From a virus, in IMG/VR virus record IMGVR_UViG_3300017766_005733, positions 32,001-96,000 of that record: a DNA stretch of 64,000 nt. One strand, written 5' to 3'. Under the pieces are notes generated by a model. The model was not told where the DNA came from, ran no database searches, and saw only the letters and a program-made list of their open reading frames with translations. Shown in pieces: positions 27,426-36,828 of this stretch; the first letter of the stretch is position 1; every line of letters starts with the position of its first letter. The translations under genes were made by a program, and so were the position numbers.

Positions 27426-28163
27426 TCAGCCGCGACCTCGCTGGGTTGCGTATTCGTTGTGACCCCGGCCAACGAAGCGAACCATCCCAGCGGCGTCAAA
27501 GCCATAGCCGGGCATCAGTGTGGCGAGACTGCAGCGGCAATGGGGATGTAGCCCGTTGACCTTGGGATTGTTCTCGCCTCGCTTGTGGTAGCCGGTCCCG
27601 ACCTCGGACATCTTCCAGACACGCGGCGTGACGCCATCAGGCATCAGGTGCAGTCGCGTGCATTCCTTGCACCGAAGTCCATCGCGGACCACGACGAAGA
27701 AGACCATCGCGTCATCGATGCCCGCCTGCAGGTTCAGCATCGTGATGCCCTCCAGAGTGCCCGTGGCGCGGCTGCGCTGGGTCTCCGTGTCGGCAATACG
27801 CATCACGTCGTTCGTGACCTTGGACCAGACGTCCACCAGCTTGCCGGCAAGGGCACCGGAACTCGGCTGCCCCTCCTGCTCCGCCGACAAAACATGGTGA
27901 AGGACTTCGGCCTTTGCGCGCTCCCTCGCTGAATCGAGGTAGGAGCCGGCGATGTTGACGACACCCAAGAGCGTCTTGGGGCTCATCTTGGCGCCGTCAT
28001 CTGCGGCCGCGGCGGTAGCAATGCCCGCCAGCGTCAAGTCCGGGCGATCGGACGTGACCGTCAGCGTCTTGTCGACCAGCCGCACCCCCAGAAACCGCGC
28101 CTTGATGCGTTCAAAAAGGCTGTCGATGGCTGCGTGGATGCGGCTGATGGTCTGCTTCTTCAC
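27426..28163 (-). CDS. MuF-like head morphogenesis protein
   Basis: RIADTE...CKEC...LHPHCRC; immediately after the portal. Confidence 0.8.
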   Translation of the reverse strand: MKKQTISRIHAAIDSLFERIKARFLGVRLVDKTLTVTSDRPDLTLAGIATAAAADDGAKMSPKTLLGVVNIAGSYLDSARERAKAEVLHHVLSAEQEGQPSSGALAGKLVDVWSKVTNDVMRIADTETQRSRATGTLEGITMLNLQAGIDDAMVFFVVVRDGLRCKECTRLHLMPDGVTPRVWKMSEVGTGYHKRGENNPKVNGLHPHCRCSLATLMPGYGFDAAGMVRFVGRGHNEYATQRGRG

Positions 28164-28165
28164 GG

Positions 28166-30367
28166 CTACTCCCCGATGTCTTCATCGGCTGATAGCGCGC
28201 GGCCGATCTCGGCCAGAGCGGCGCGAGAGTCATCCTCCCACGTCTTCTGGAAGCGATCGACGATGGCTCGATGCTTGGCCAGCAGCTTGCGCTTGGACGG
28301 CGACAGCGTGGCTTCCGACTTTAGCATCTCCGAAGCCTGATCGAGGCCGCGCGTCAGGTCACCGCCAGCCTGCTCAGCCGCCTGCTGAGACTGCTGCTGC
28401 GAGGACTCGGCGGTCGCCGCCTGCTGGGAGGCCTCTGCCTGCTGAGCCTCACCCTTGCCCGGCTGCGGACCCCCACCGCCGCCACCACCTCCACCGCCAC
28501 CTCCGCCATCCTGCGGCGGCTGCCCACCCTGCTGCTGGGCCGCCTGCTCCTGCATCTGCTGCTGTTGCTGCATCTGCTGAACCTGCATCTGCAGCTGCTG
28601 CCACTGGAACCAGAAGGGGTCGCGAACGTAAGCCAGCTTGGGGTCCTTGGCCGCACCCTTTTGACCGAAGAAGTGCTCCTTGATCTGGCCCACCGTCAGG
28701 TACTTGTCGACGACCGCCTGCCACTGGGCGTTGAAGGGGAAGTCGCCGCCAAGTTCCTCGGGGATCTCTTCCTTCTCGACCTTGTTCAGGACCTCGTTGT
28801 AGGTCATGTGCAGCGGCGCGTCCTGCTGCAGTCGGATCGATTCCTTCTCGGCCGTCTCAGCATCCAAGCCCATCAACTGGATTTCGCACTTGCCAACGAG
28901 GTTGGGCGCGATCAGGGGCAGAAGCTGGGCGTTGATGAAGTCCTGCCACGCCAAGAGCAGTGGGCGCAAGCCGACGTCGCGGTGAGCAATCATCAGGTAC
29001 TCCTGATTGCTCTCCGACAGCGCCTGATTGTTGGTACCGCGGCTGAGGTGGGCGTAGCCGGGTAGTTCTTCCGGCGACATCTGGAAGGCCGACAAGATGA
29101 TGCGGGCCGTCATGTCGCTCAGGTACTGGAACTCCATGTCGCGCTGACTGGCATCCGTCGAAACCCACTCAATGTTTTCCTCGACGCCAACGCCCAGCAC
29201 CGGCACGCGCCAGCTGTTCTGCACGCTGTTGATGGCGGCGTTGAACTGCTGGCGGATGTCGTTGATCATCGAGTCATCGACGTCATCGGACTTGATGATG
29301 AGGATGCCGCGGCTGGCGCGGCCGCTCTGGAAGTACAGCTTGTTGTGGGTCGTGATGTTGATATGCGTCGTGACAGCGGCAATGACCGTGTCGAGGGGCG
29401 ACAACGGATAGCCGCGGAACTCAACGTCGGCGACGGGGTAGAAGTTGTAGACGAGGCATTCCTCGGCAGTGAACGACTGTCGCGGCTGCCCTTCCAGAAC
29501 CTGAATCCAAGCGATGTCTTCCGGCGTCACCGTGTTGTTGGGTTCGTGCTCCAGCTTCTTGCGCTTGATGCGCTCAAGCAGCCTCGCCGCCGTCTCACGC
29601 AACTCCACCGCCATCTGGTTCATTGGCACGGAACGGTAGATGGTGCCGGCGTCGATGGGACGGAAGGAGTGGAACTCGCGACGTCCCGTGTGGACGTTGT
29701 AGACCCAAATGATTTCGGTGGCCACGCGCCCCAGCACCACCGCATTCTTCGTCGAGACCGTCAGGTACTGGCTGAAGGTCATCTGCTCTTGATCCGACCA
29801 GCCCTTCGTCTGACCGCAAGATCGCAGCAGTTCGGACGCTCGCTTGATCTCTTCGTCAAGAGCCCTCTGCTCTTCGGGCTCCAGTGACTCCTCGACTCCC
29901 GGAATCGGGACAATCCCAAAGCCCACGCCGTGGCGATCACGACGAGGACGACCAAAGGAGCCGATGTGGTTGCCGCGGGTGTTGACGATCGAGGCAACGA
30001 GGCTGTCCTGAATGGCAATCCGCTTCAGGATGCTGTCGGGGATGCCACGCAGCTTCTGCTGCCACAGCCCCTGATTGCTGCCGACCTGACTCGGGTCCAC
30101 CTCAAAGGCCAGACGCTCGATGGACGTCTCGCCGCCGTTGAGGAGGTTCATCAGGCTCTTGGCAAGACGCTGATGGCCAACGACGGGCCCGGCGTCGGGG
30201 ACCGTCGGGAGAGAGTCCAACTTCTCGACCGTCAGCACAGGCTGCGGCATCGATGGGTCGGTGAAACGCACCTGCCGCCGACTCTTGCTGAGCCCCTCGG
30301 TCTTTGGCGTCGCGGACTTGATGAGGGCCTGAAAGTACGCGGAAGTGGGATTACTGGGAGTTGTCAC
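28166..30367 (-). CDS. Portal protein
   Basis: FRPIDAGTI...GYPLSPLD...YFQSG...RDMEFQ...FQMSPEELPG...GLRPLL; downstream of terminase. Confidence 0.88.
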   Translation of the reverse strand: MTTPSNPTSAYFQALIKSATPKTEGLSKSRRQVRFTDPSMPQPVLTVEKLDSLPTVPDAGPVVGHQRLAKSLMNLLNGGETSIERLAFEVDPSQVGSNQGLWQQKLRGIPDSILKRIAIQDSLVASIVNTRGNHIGSFGRPRRDRHGVGFGIVPIPGVEESLEPEEQRALDEEIKRASELLRSCGQTKGWSDQEQMTFSQYLTVSTKNAVVLGRVATEIIWVYNVHTGRREFHSFRPIDAGTIYRSVPMNQMAVELRETAARLLERIKRKKLEHEPNNTVTPEDIAWIQVLEGQPRQSFTAEECLVYNFYPVADVEFRGYPLSPLDTVIAAVTTHINITTHNKLYFQSGRASRGILIIKSDDVDDSMINDIRQQFNAAINSVQNSWRVPVLGVGVEENIEWVSTDASQRDMEFQYLSDMTARIILSAFQMSPEELPGYAHLSRGTNNQALSESNQEYLMIAHRDVGLRPLLLAWQDFINAQLLPLIAPNLVGKCEIQLMGLDAETAEKESIRLQQDAPLHMTYNEVLNKVEKEEIPEELGGDFPFNAQWQAVVDKYLTVGQIKEHFFGQKGAAKDPKLAYVRDPFWFQWQQLQMQVQQMQQQQQMQEQAAQQQGGQPPQDGGGGGGGGGGGGGPQPGKGEAQQAEASQQAATAESSQQQSQQAAEQAGGDLTRGLDQASEMLKSEATLSPSKRKLLAKHRAIVDRFQKTWEDDSRAALAEIGRALSADEDIGE

Positions 30368-30370
30368 CGA

Positions 30371-31342
30371 TCACTCCACGGAAATGACGCTGATGTTGGC
30401 CATCTGCTGGCCCGCATTCACGACAGTAAGGGCCCAGACGGCGCCCGTCATCAGGAACTGGCCGGGATCTTCGCCGGCCACCCAAGGACCGACCTTGTAG
30501 AGGTTGCCGGCATCGCCGTTGATGCGCAGGATGACCTCCTGATCGGACTCGACGTAGAGCATGCGCTTGCCGGAACTGTACACTGTCTGACCGAGCGCCG
30601 TCGGCGTGACCGTGTTCTCAAACGCCAAGGGCTTGGCCGTCGACTGAATGTCGATGTAGCTGCTGGTGACACCAACGATGACGTAGGTGCCGAGGTTCGC
30701 GGTCGCCCAGCCCGAAAGCAGTTCGATCTTGTCGCCTTCCTGAACGCCGGCGGCGCTGAAGGCCTTCATCTGGTCATTGCCGTTGATCACGAGTCCAGAC
30801 TGCGTGATGCCGTTGAAGTCGCCGGTGCGACGCACAACCATCGTCAAGGCCGAAACCGTCATCACCAGCCAGAAGCCTTGGTTGGCCAGCTGGAAGGGGG
30901 TCGTCACGGACTCTTCGGCGCCCGGCAACCACAGCGTGTCACCGGCCTGAATGCCCGTGAAGCTACCGGAGGTGATGGAGATCGTCGCCGTTTGGTCGGC
31001 GTTCACCGTCAACGAAACAGTGCCGCCGACGTCGTTGAAGGTTCGCTCCGTACGGAAGCCGGGGGCTGTTCCGGAGGTGTGCCGGAGGCGATAGTTGACG
31101 GTCTCGCCGGGCACCAAGGAAAGCGAAAACACGGTGTTGCCATTCACCGTCAGCGTCCGGGTGCCATCGAAGATGACCCGCGTCTCCGCCGGCGCCAGCC
31201 CGTAGCTGTCCGACCGCGGGTTGCCGGCGTCCTGAATGCTGAAGGACCGCATCCAGTCGACGTGCCGCAGGCGCGGGTTGGCGGTCTCCGGAATCGGGTC
31301 GCGGAAGGCGACGATCGAGGTCAGCATCTTGAGGTTAGACAT
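30371..31342 (-). CDS. Virion structural protein
   Basis: Thr/Gly/beta-rich ORF preceded by AATCTT. Confidence 0.6.
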   Translation of the reverse strand: MSNLKMLTSIVAFRDPIPETANPRLRHVDWMRSFSIQDAGNPRSDSYGLAPAETRVIFDGTRTLTVNGNTVFSLSLVPGETVNYRLRHTSGTAPGFRTERTFNDVGGTVSLTVNADQTATISITSGSFTGIQAGDTLWLPGAEESVTTPFQLANQGFWLVMTVSALTMVVRRTGDFNGITQSGLVINGNDQMKAFSAAGVQEGDKIELLSGWATANLGTYVIVGVTSSYIDIQSTAKPLAFENTVTPTALGQTVYSSGKRMLYVESDQEVILRINGDAGNLYKVGPWVAGEDPGQFLMTGAVWALTVVNAGQQMANISVISVE

Positions 31343-31370
31343 GCAACACCCTTGGGACGAAGGCGGATGG

Positions 31371-31376
31371 AAGATT
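31371..31376 (-). promoter_or_regulatory. Putative late promoter AATCTT
   Basis: 29 nt upstream of ATG 31342. Confidence 0.6.
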
Positions 31377-31388
31377 CAGTCGATGACG

Positions 31389-33305
31389 TCAGCCCAATGA
31401 CATGAAAAAGCGGCCTTTTCTCACGGGCTTAGTGGGATCAAGACTCAGGCTGACGCCAACGTGATCTGCAATCTGCTGGCGATGCACATCGGTGACGACC
31501 GGCGATCGGCCTCCCGGAGTCTTGTTGGCCTCTGGCGCCAGAACGGTGGTCTTTCCCTTCCGGAAACGGTTCATCAGACCATAGCGTAGGGCATCGCATG
31601 CGTCGTCGTCGGCCTCGTCGGGGACGTTCGTCGGATTGCCGGCGGCGTCAACGGTCCAGTGATACTTGGAGAGGCAGCCGAACACCCAGTCGACCATCGA
31701 GTCTTCTGACAAAAAGTACAACAATGGGTCGCCGATAAGGGGTCGGATCATCCAACGAATGATTTCGATGCCCATGAGCACCGAGCCCGGCCCCTTGCTC
31801 CACTTCCTCATGTTCCAGCCGGCGTCCTTGAACTCCTTGACGCCCTGCGGGTTCTCGGGGTCGGCGTAGACCTCGGAGTTGTAGCGCCCCAACTTGGCGT
31901 TACAGAGAGCGATCTGCTGGTTGGTCAGGATCTCGGACTGCGCCACGGCGTCGATAACGAAAGCGCGACGACCGTCGACGGCGACAGTGATGGCGACGAA
32001 GTTGTGGGTATAGCCGAAGTCCATGCCCGTGACAAACTGAGCGTCACGGGACTTGAAGAAGGCGACGAGTTCTTCTTTGGTGAACGTCTCGGGGTGAATG
32101 TCTTCGCCCACCACCATGTCCGCGATCTGCTTGGGGCTCTTCATGTGGACTTCGCGGTCCAAGAAGGGGTAGATGAGGCCGCTCATCGAAGGCTTGCGAC
32201 ACAGCAGCTGCGCCTTGGCGACCTCCGCGTCGACGTTGCGGAACTGCGAGATCAGGTGCTCGATGGGCTTGTGGATCGAGGACGCCTGAGGGTACTTGGG
32301 GTTCTGCTGAACGGTCGCAAGGCGACCACGGCAGACGGCATACAGGGAGCAGTTCTTCAGGCAGCCGGAGAAAGCCTGCTCGTCAGCACACTCCGCCTTC
32401 TGGTCCTCCGTCAGCCTCTCGATCTCGGGACCAGAGTAGACGCGGATGTTTTCGTGGTCGACGAGAACGCGGACCTTCTCCTCGTCCGGCAAATGTCTCT
32501 CGGGCGGACAGCGACGTGCGATGTCGAGGATGTTCCAGTGCAGGATCCGCAGCCCCGTCTTCTGGCTGTCGTCGATCTCTTTCTGCACGAGACCGAAGGC
32601 GTACTTGCGCGTCGACGTCAAGACCGTCAACGCCGCATGACCCTTGGCGTCGGCGGTCGGAATCATCTTGGCCTCTTCGTAGGCCTGAGGATTGGCGAGG
32701 TCGACCTCGTCCGTCGTGAAGTACGGGACGTGCAGGGAGTTTGCGCCCTTTGGCGTGCAGACGACGATTTCCAGCTTGCTGCGATGCTCTTCGTATCGCA
32801 CCTGCTGGATCGGCGGCAGCACCGCCCACTGCTTTTCAGTGATGTTCTCTGCCGTCTCACGGTGCTCGTAGCGGACGAACTCCTTGATCTTCTTGTTGTC
32901 GCCAACGACGAAGCGGCTGAAATAGGGACGGCTGAAGAACTTGCCGACGTACGCCGTGGCCTTGGCCGACTGATCAAGGGTCGCGGCCATGTGGCCGGCG
33001 TTGCGATCGAAGTGGACGATCATCAGGAACTCCAGCACCGCCGCCGCCAGAGTCTTCCCACTGTCACGAGACGCATAGGCAAGGATCCGGTTCACCTCGG
33101 GGTCCCGGTTGTCCATCACCTTGCTGTAGACCTCCCATATGAAGCCCATGGGGCTGACTTTCGACTCGGGGTCGACGACGATGTCGGGGAACTCCAAGCC
33201 AATGTACTCGGCGATCCACAGCGCCAAGTCCTCCTTCGTCGTGCGACGCACGAAGGCCGTCCGATGCTTGATGATTTCCCGATCCTCGGCGCTCAGAGAC
33301 ACCAC
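31389..33305 (-). CDS. terL: Terminase large subunit
   Basis: Walker A ASRDSGKT, Walker B FTTDEVD, nuclease GMDFG...ADPE...DDACDALRY. Confidence 0.9.
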   Translation of the reverse strand: MVSLSAEDREIIKHRTAFVRRTTKEDLALWIAEYIGLEFPDIVVDPESKVSPMGFIWEVYSKVMDNRDPEVNRILAYASRDSGKTLAAAVLEFLMIVHFDRNAGHMAATLDQSAKATAYVGKFFSRPYFSRFVVGDNKKIKEFVRYEHRETAENITEKQWAVLPPIQQVRYEEHRSKLEIVVCTPKGANSLHVPYFTTDEVDLANPQAYEEAKMIPTADAKGHAALTVLTSTRKYAFGLVQKEIDDSQKTGLRILHWNILDIARRCPPERHLPDEEKVRVLVDHENIRVYSGPEIERLTEDQKAECADEQAFSGCLKNCSLYAVCRGRLATVQQNPKYPQASSIHKPIEHLISQFRNVDAEVAKAQLLCRKPSMSGLIYPFLDREVHMKSPKQIADMVVGEDIHPETFTKEELVAFFKSRDAQFVTGMDFGYTHNFVAITVAVDGRRAFVIDAVAQSEILTNQQIALCNAKLGRYNSEVYADPENPQGVKEFKDAGWNMRKWSKGPGSVLMGIEIIRWMIRPLIGDPLLYFLSEDSMVDWVFGCLSKYHWTVDAAGNPTNVPDEADDDACDALRYGLMNRFRKGKTTVLAPEANKTPGGRSPVVTDVHRQQIADHVGVSLSLDPTKPVRKGRFFMSLG

Positions 33306-33307
33306 GG

Positions 33308-34042
33308 CTACCTCCGCACGACGACGCTCGTCACCGTTTCGTGTCGTTCCTCTTGCTTCTCTTCCTGCGGCGGCGGAGCAGCGGCCAAGGACAGCAACGC
33401 CGCGGCCAGTTCAGGCCGCAACTTCGCCGAGGACGCCACAGACACCCAGTCGAGGCCGCTGGCGCCAACACTGCCGGCCGTCATCATCTCCGCGCCGCCA
33501 TCCGGCGCCTTCTTCATGAAAACCTCGGAGGGGTCGTGGCCCGTCAACTCCAAGAACGTCTGGACGACCTTGCGGTATTGATCGATTGATCGGATCTCAA
33601 AACCATCGAGTTCCGACTCATCGCCGGTCGCAAGGTATCGACGCAGCCGCTGACCCCAACGCTTGTGGGCAACGGCCAAGAGGTCGGCGGTGAAGCCAAC
33701 GGACTCCGCCACCGCCTGCCGGCCACGCTCGACTGCGTCGCGGTGCAGGTGCTCAAGGTATTCCTGTCGCTTGTCATGCCACTGATATTCGATGGCGGCT
33801 TTTACGATGGCCCCCAGCTTGTACTTGCGCCACTGCTTCTCGATCTGGCTGCAGGAAGCGCCATGCAGGTAGACCTCAAACATCTGCGCGGCATCGACCG
33901 TCGACACCTGATTCTCAATCTGCCCCGGACGCGGATTGGCGAGGCCGTGCTTGTGGGTCTCGTAGGCCCGCCATTCGCGTTTGCTGAAGCGCTTGCCCTC
34001 GGGGATAACGTCTTGGTCGTCAGTCGGATACGAGTTCGCCAT
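33308..34042 (-). CDS. Hypothetical protein, candidate terminase small subunit
   Basis: Helical protein directly upstream of terL; positional inference. Confidence 0.45.
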   Translation of the reverse strand: MANSYPTDDQDVIPEGKRFSKREWRAYETHKHGLANPRPGQIENQVSTVDAAQMFEVYLHGASCSQIEKQWRKYKLGAIVKAAIEYQWHDKRQEYLEHLHRDAVERGRQAVAESVGFTADLLAVAHKRWGQRLRRYLATGDESELDGFEIRSIDQYRKVVQTFLELTGHDPSEVFMKKAPDGGAEMMTAGSVGASGLDWVSVASSAKLRPELAAALLSLAAAPPPQEEKQEERHETVTSVVVRR

Positions 34043-34376
34043 ACAGCACCTCCGCTGCGTCAGGGGTCATGGTGCCATAGCGACGCAGCCGCACCTTGGC
34101 ATCCCACCCACGCATGATGGCGGCGGCGGCGTGCTTCAAAAAGGTCACTCGCTTCTGGAAGTCGGGCTCCAGCTGATCCTGATCGACGTCGAGATAGTAG
34201 AGAATCTCGCGCTTCTCCGGATCCCAACCGACTTCGCAGACGCGAACGGCGCTAGAGCAGGCGAGGCCGTAAAGCCGCAGCTGCCCCAGCTGCGCCTCAT
34301 GGAGGCCGCCGGTGAAGTTGCTGATGGCCGCCAGAGCCTGAAGCTGCTCAGTGACCGTGGGCTTGCCGTCGCTCAT
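34020..34376 (-). CDS. Hypothetical protein
   Basis: AGGAG RBS, operon context. Confidence 0.6.
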   Translation of the reverse strand: MSDGKPTVTEQLQALAAISNFTGGLHEAQLGQLRLYGLACSSAVRVCEVGWDPEKREILYYLDVDQDQLEPDFQKRVTFLKHAAAAIMRGWDAKVRLRRYGTMTPDAAEVLYGELVSD

Positions 34377-34385
34377 CGCCTGCTC

Positions 34386-35357
34386 CTACCAGCTGATCCT
34401 CGTAGCAACCAACTTCTTCAGCGCATCCTTGGGCGTCCCGTTTGGCGCCTGAAAGCTGTCGATGTAGTGGCCAAAGGCGATGGCGACGCCCTCGGACTCA
34501 CGAACCGCGGAAACGGCGCCACCCACGACCTGAGACCGGAAGCGCACGCCCTTTTCCTTCAGCGCCTTCTCCGCGGCCTTGACGAAGGCCTCTGCGCCCT
34601 GCACCTGAATCCGCAGCCCCGGAGCCGGCGTCACTGCCTCCAGTTCCTCGGCCGTAGCCACCGTCTTGATGCGAATGGGCGTGCAGCCCGCGGACTCCGT
34701 CGGCCACTGCTCGACGACCTTGGCGGGGGTACTTGATGTTACATCAAGTCGCACAAGGTAGATGAAGCGGTCGACATTGGCGTCAGCCACCGAGCGCCAA
34801 CGCGGCGCCCCCGGATACCACACCCGCCCGATCTGCTGCGGACTGTGAATGTGACCAGAGATGACGTGCAGGTCGGCCGGCAACGACTCGGTCGCCACGC
34901 CATCGGGGGCGTAGAAGCCGGCTTCGTAGCGAGCGCCCTGAAACGTCTGGTGGCAGAACAGGTGCCGGACATCAAGGCCCTTCAGCGCCTCGACGAAGGC
35001 CTCGGGTGTCTCCATGTAGGGCATGAAGCCAACCCCGTCGATGACAGTCGGCTGATCGACGACGGCGGCGTTGGTATGCGCCATCAGCGCGTGCTCGCCC
35101 TCGCCGCCCTTGTGGGGGCGGTCATGGTTGCCGACGATGGCGATCGTGTTCTTGGCCTCGGAGAAGAACTGCTCCCAGAACGCCAGAACCTCGACGCGGA
35201 TGTTGGAGTGGTTGTTGTAGAGGTCGCCGAGAAGCACCGTCGTAGCCTCGGGGTGCTGGCGCTGCTTCTCCAAGATGAAAGCCGCCAGACGGCGGCATTC
35301 GTCTAACTCCTCAACGACGACGTGTGGGTCGCCAACAACAATGAAGTCCTTGAGCAT
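34386..35357 (-). CDS. Metallophosphoesterase, SbcD/Mre11 (gp47)-like nuclease
   Basis: GDPH, LGDL, GNHD, CHQ, SGHIH motifs. Confidence 0.82.
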   Translation of the reverse strand: MLKDFIVVGDPHVVVEELDECRRLAAFILEKQRQHPEATTVLLGDLYNNHSNIRVEVLAFWEQFFSEAKNTIAIVGNHDRPHKGGEGEHALMAHTNAAVVDQPTVIDGVGFMPYMETPEAFVEALKGLDVRHLFCHQTFQGARYEAGFYAPDGVATESLPADLHVISGHIHSPQQIGRVWYPGAPRWRSVADANVDRFIYLVRLDVTSSTPAKVVEQWPTESAGCTPIRIKTVATAEELEAVTPAPGLRIQVQGAEAFVKAAEKALKEKGVRFRSQVVGGAVSAVRESEGVAIAFGHYIDSFQAPNGTPKDALKKLVATRISW

Positions 35358-35360
35358 CGT

Positions 35361-35747
35361 TTACCCCGCCACATAAACGACGTTGGAGGCGGGATCAGCC
35401 GCGATGCCCACACTGGGCGACGCCACAATCGACACAACTGCGGGAGCCTTCTCCACGACCGATACGATGGACTCGGGAATGAAGATGAATGACTCATTGA
35501 TGCCCTCAAACTCAAAGACTTCCTTCGCCCAAGGCGAAGAAGCGTGGTTTGCGCGCACCAAGACCGTGGATCCGGTGGGGAAGCGCTCGTTGCCAAGGAT
35601 TACACGCAGACGCACCAGCGTCATATGGCCGCCGACGGCCAGCGCCGGGCCAATGCGCTTGATGGCCTTCTGCTCAGGGAAAGGCGAGACGCCGATACTT
35701 CCGTTGACTGCTTCCACAGCTGCCTCCAATGTACGATAGATAGCCAA
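35361..35747 (-). CDS. Possible divergent GroES-like co-chaperonin
   Basis: Beta-barrel-like pattern ending ESFIFIPESIVSVV (cf. GroES EEVLIMSESDILAIV). Confidence 0.4.
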   Translation of the reverse strand: MAIYRTLEAAVEAVNGSIGVSPFPEQKAIKRIGPALAVGGHMTLVRLRVILGNERFPTGSTVLVRANHASSPWAKEVFEFEGINESFIFIPESIVSVVEKAPAVVSIVASPSVGIAADPASNVVYVAG

Positions 35748-35751
35748 AACC

Positions 35752-36828
35752 TCAGAGGTCGAGGCTCATCGCCATTCTTACCACCTTCGACTCGATGGCG
35801 TCAAGTGCCTCTAGCGCCCCATGCAGGCGCATCGCTCGCTCCTTGGCCTCCAGTTCCGAGTCCGGCCGGTGCTCTTCAGGCGCCGCAAGGCCATCCCCGA
35901 AGGTGCGACCCTCGTCGCCCTCCGACATCGTGTCCTGCCAATCGACCGACAGCATGGAAACGGCCGACATCAGGCACGCCAAGTCCTCGGGAGAGGTCTG
36001 ATAGCGCTTCTCCAAGCCGTTATTGACCGACTCGGCAAGCGTTGTGTAGTCGACCTGATCCGGCGGCGTTCGCCGCAGGGCCTTGTTCGCGCGATAGATG
36101 CGCCGGCGATCAAGGGGATAGAAGCGAAGGGTCGTTTCGCTGTAGCGCTCGATGAAGAGCGCCGTCATGCGGCCGATGGCGACGCTGCGAAACACGGGAC
36201 GGAAGGGGAGGCGGAACTTGTCGATGGCCGCCAACAACCCCTCGACCGCCAGTTGGACGAAGTCGAGGTAGTCCATGTGGCTTTTGGGCGTCTTGCCATA
36301 GAACATGCGCGCGCGGCTGATGGCCAGTGGCAGGTTGGTCTCAACCAACTCCTGCCGCGCCGCAATCAGCTGCTGGCTGAGTTCCCAAAAGGGGCTAGAG
36401 GTGCCGTTTTCCCATCCCTTCTCGATGATGCGACGAGCGAAGGCGACGAAGGGGAAGTTGAAGTGGTACCTGAACAGGCTACGGACAGAGTTCGTACGGA
36501 TGGCGGGGGAAATCTCATCGATGAAGATGCCCTCAGGCTCTCGAAAGTAGGGCTGGGCGGCAAGGGCGTTTCTCCGCTCGTCGCGGATAAAGGTCACGAA
36601 GCGATCGTAGACGTCGAGACCCCGCGGGTCCTGAATCAGCGCCTTGCGGCAACGATCCTCAAGGTCCACCAGCAAGTTCATCTGCCGGCTTTGACGATCC
36701 AAAAGCGCGTCGGGGTCGCGCACCGGCATCTTCTCGTACTTGGCGAGCGCCCCAGCGACGTTGGCGGCAAAGACCTGCACGAAGCCATCGTCGTCGATCT
36801 TGGGTTTGCCTTTTGTTTTCTTAGCCAT
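35752..36828 (-). CDS. Phage sigma-70-family RNA polymerase sigma factor
   Basis: Region 2 ARQELVETNLPLAISRARMF...DFVQLAVEGLLAAIDKF; region 3 present; region 4 appears truncated. Confidence 0.8.
   Translation of the reverse strand: MAKKTKGKPKIDDDGFVQVFAANVAGALAKYEKMPVRDPDALLDRQSRQMNLLVDLEDRCRKALIQDPRGLDVYDRFVTFIRDERRNALAAQPYFREPEGIFIDEISPAIRTNSVRSLFRYHFNFPFVAFARRIIEKGWENGTSSPFWELSQQLIAARQELVETNLPLAISRARMFYGKTPKSHMDYLDFVQLAVEGLLAAIDKFRLPFRPVFRSVAIGRMTALFIERYSETTLRFYPLDRRRIYRANKALRRTPPDQVDYTTLAESVNNGLEKRYQTSPEDLACLMSAVSMLSVDWQDTMSEGDEGRTFGDGLAAPEEHRPDSELEAKERAMRLHGALEALDAIESKVVRMAMSLDL

Noticed and set aside
28380-28610. Gln/Gly low-complexity repeats in the portal C-terminus
   Set aside because: Ordinary disordered tail, not a DNA repeat element.
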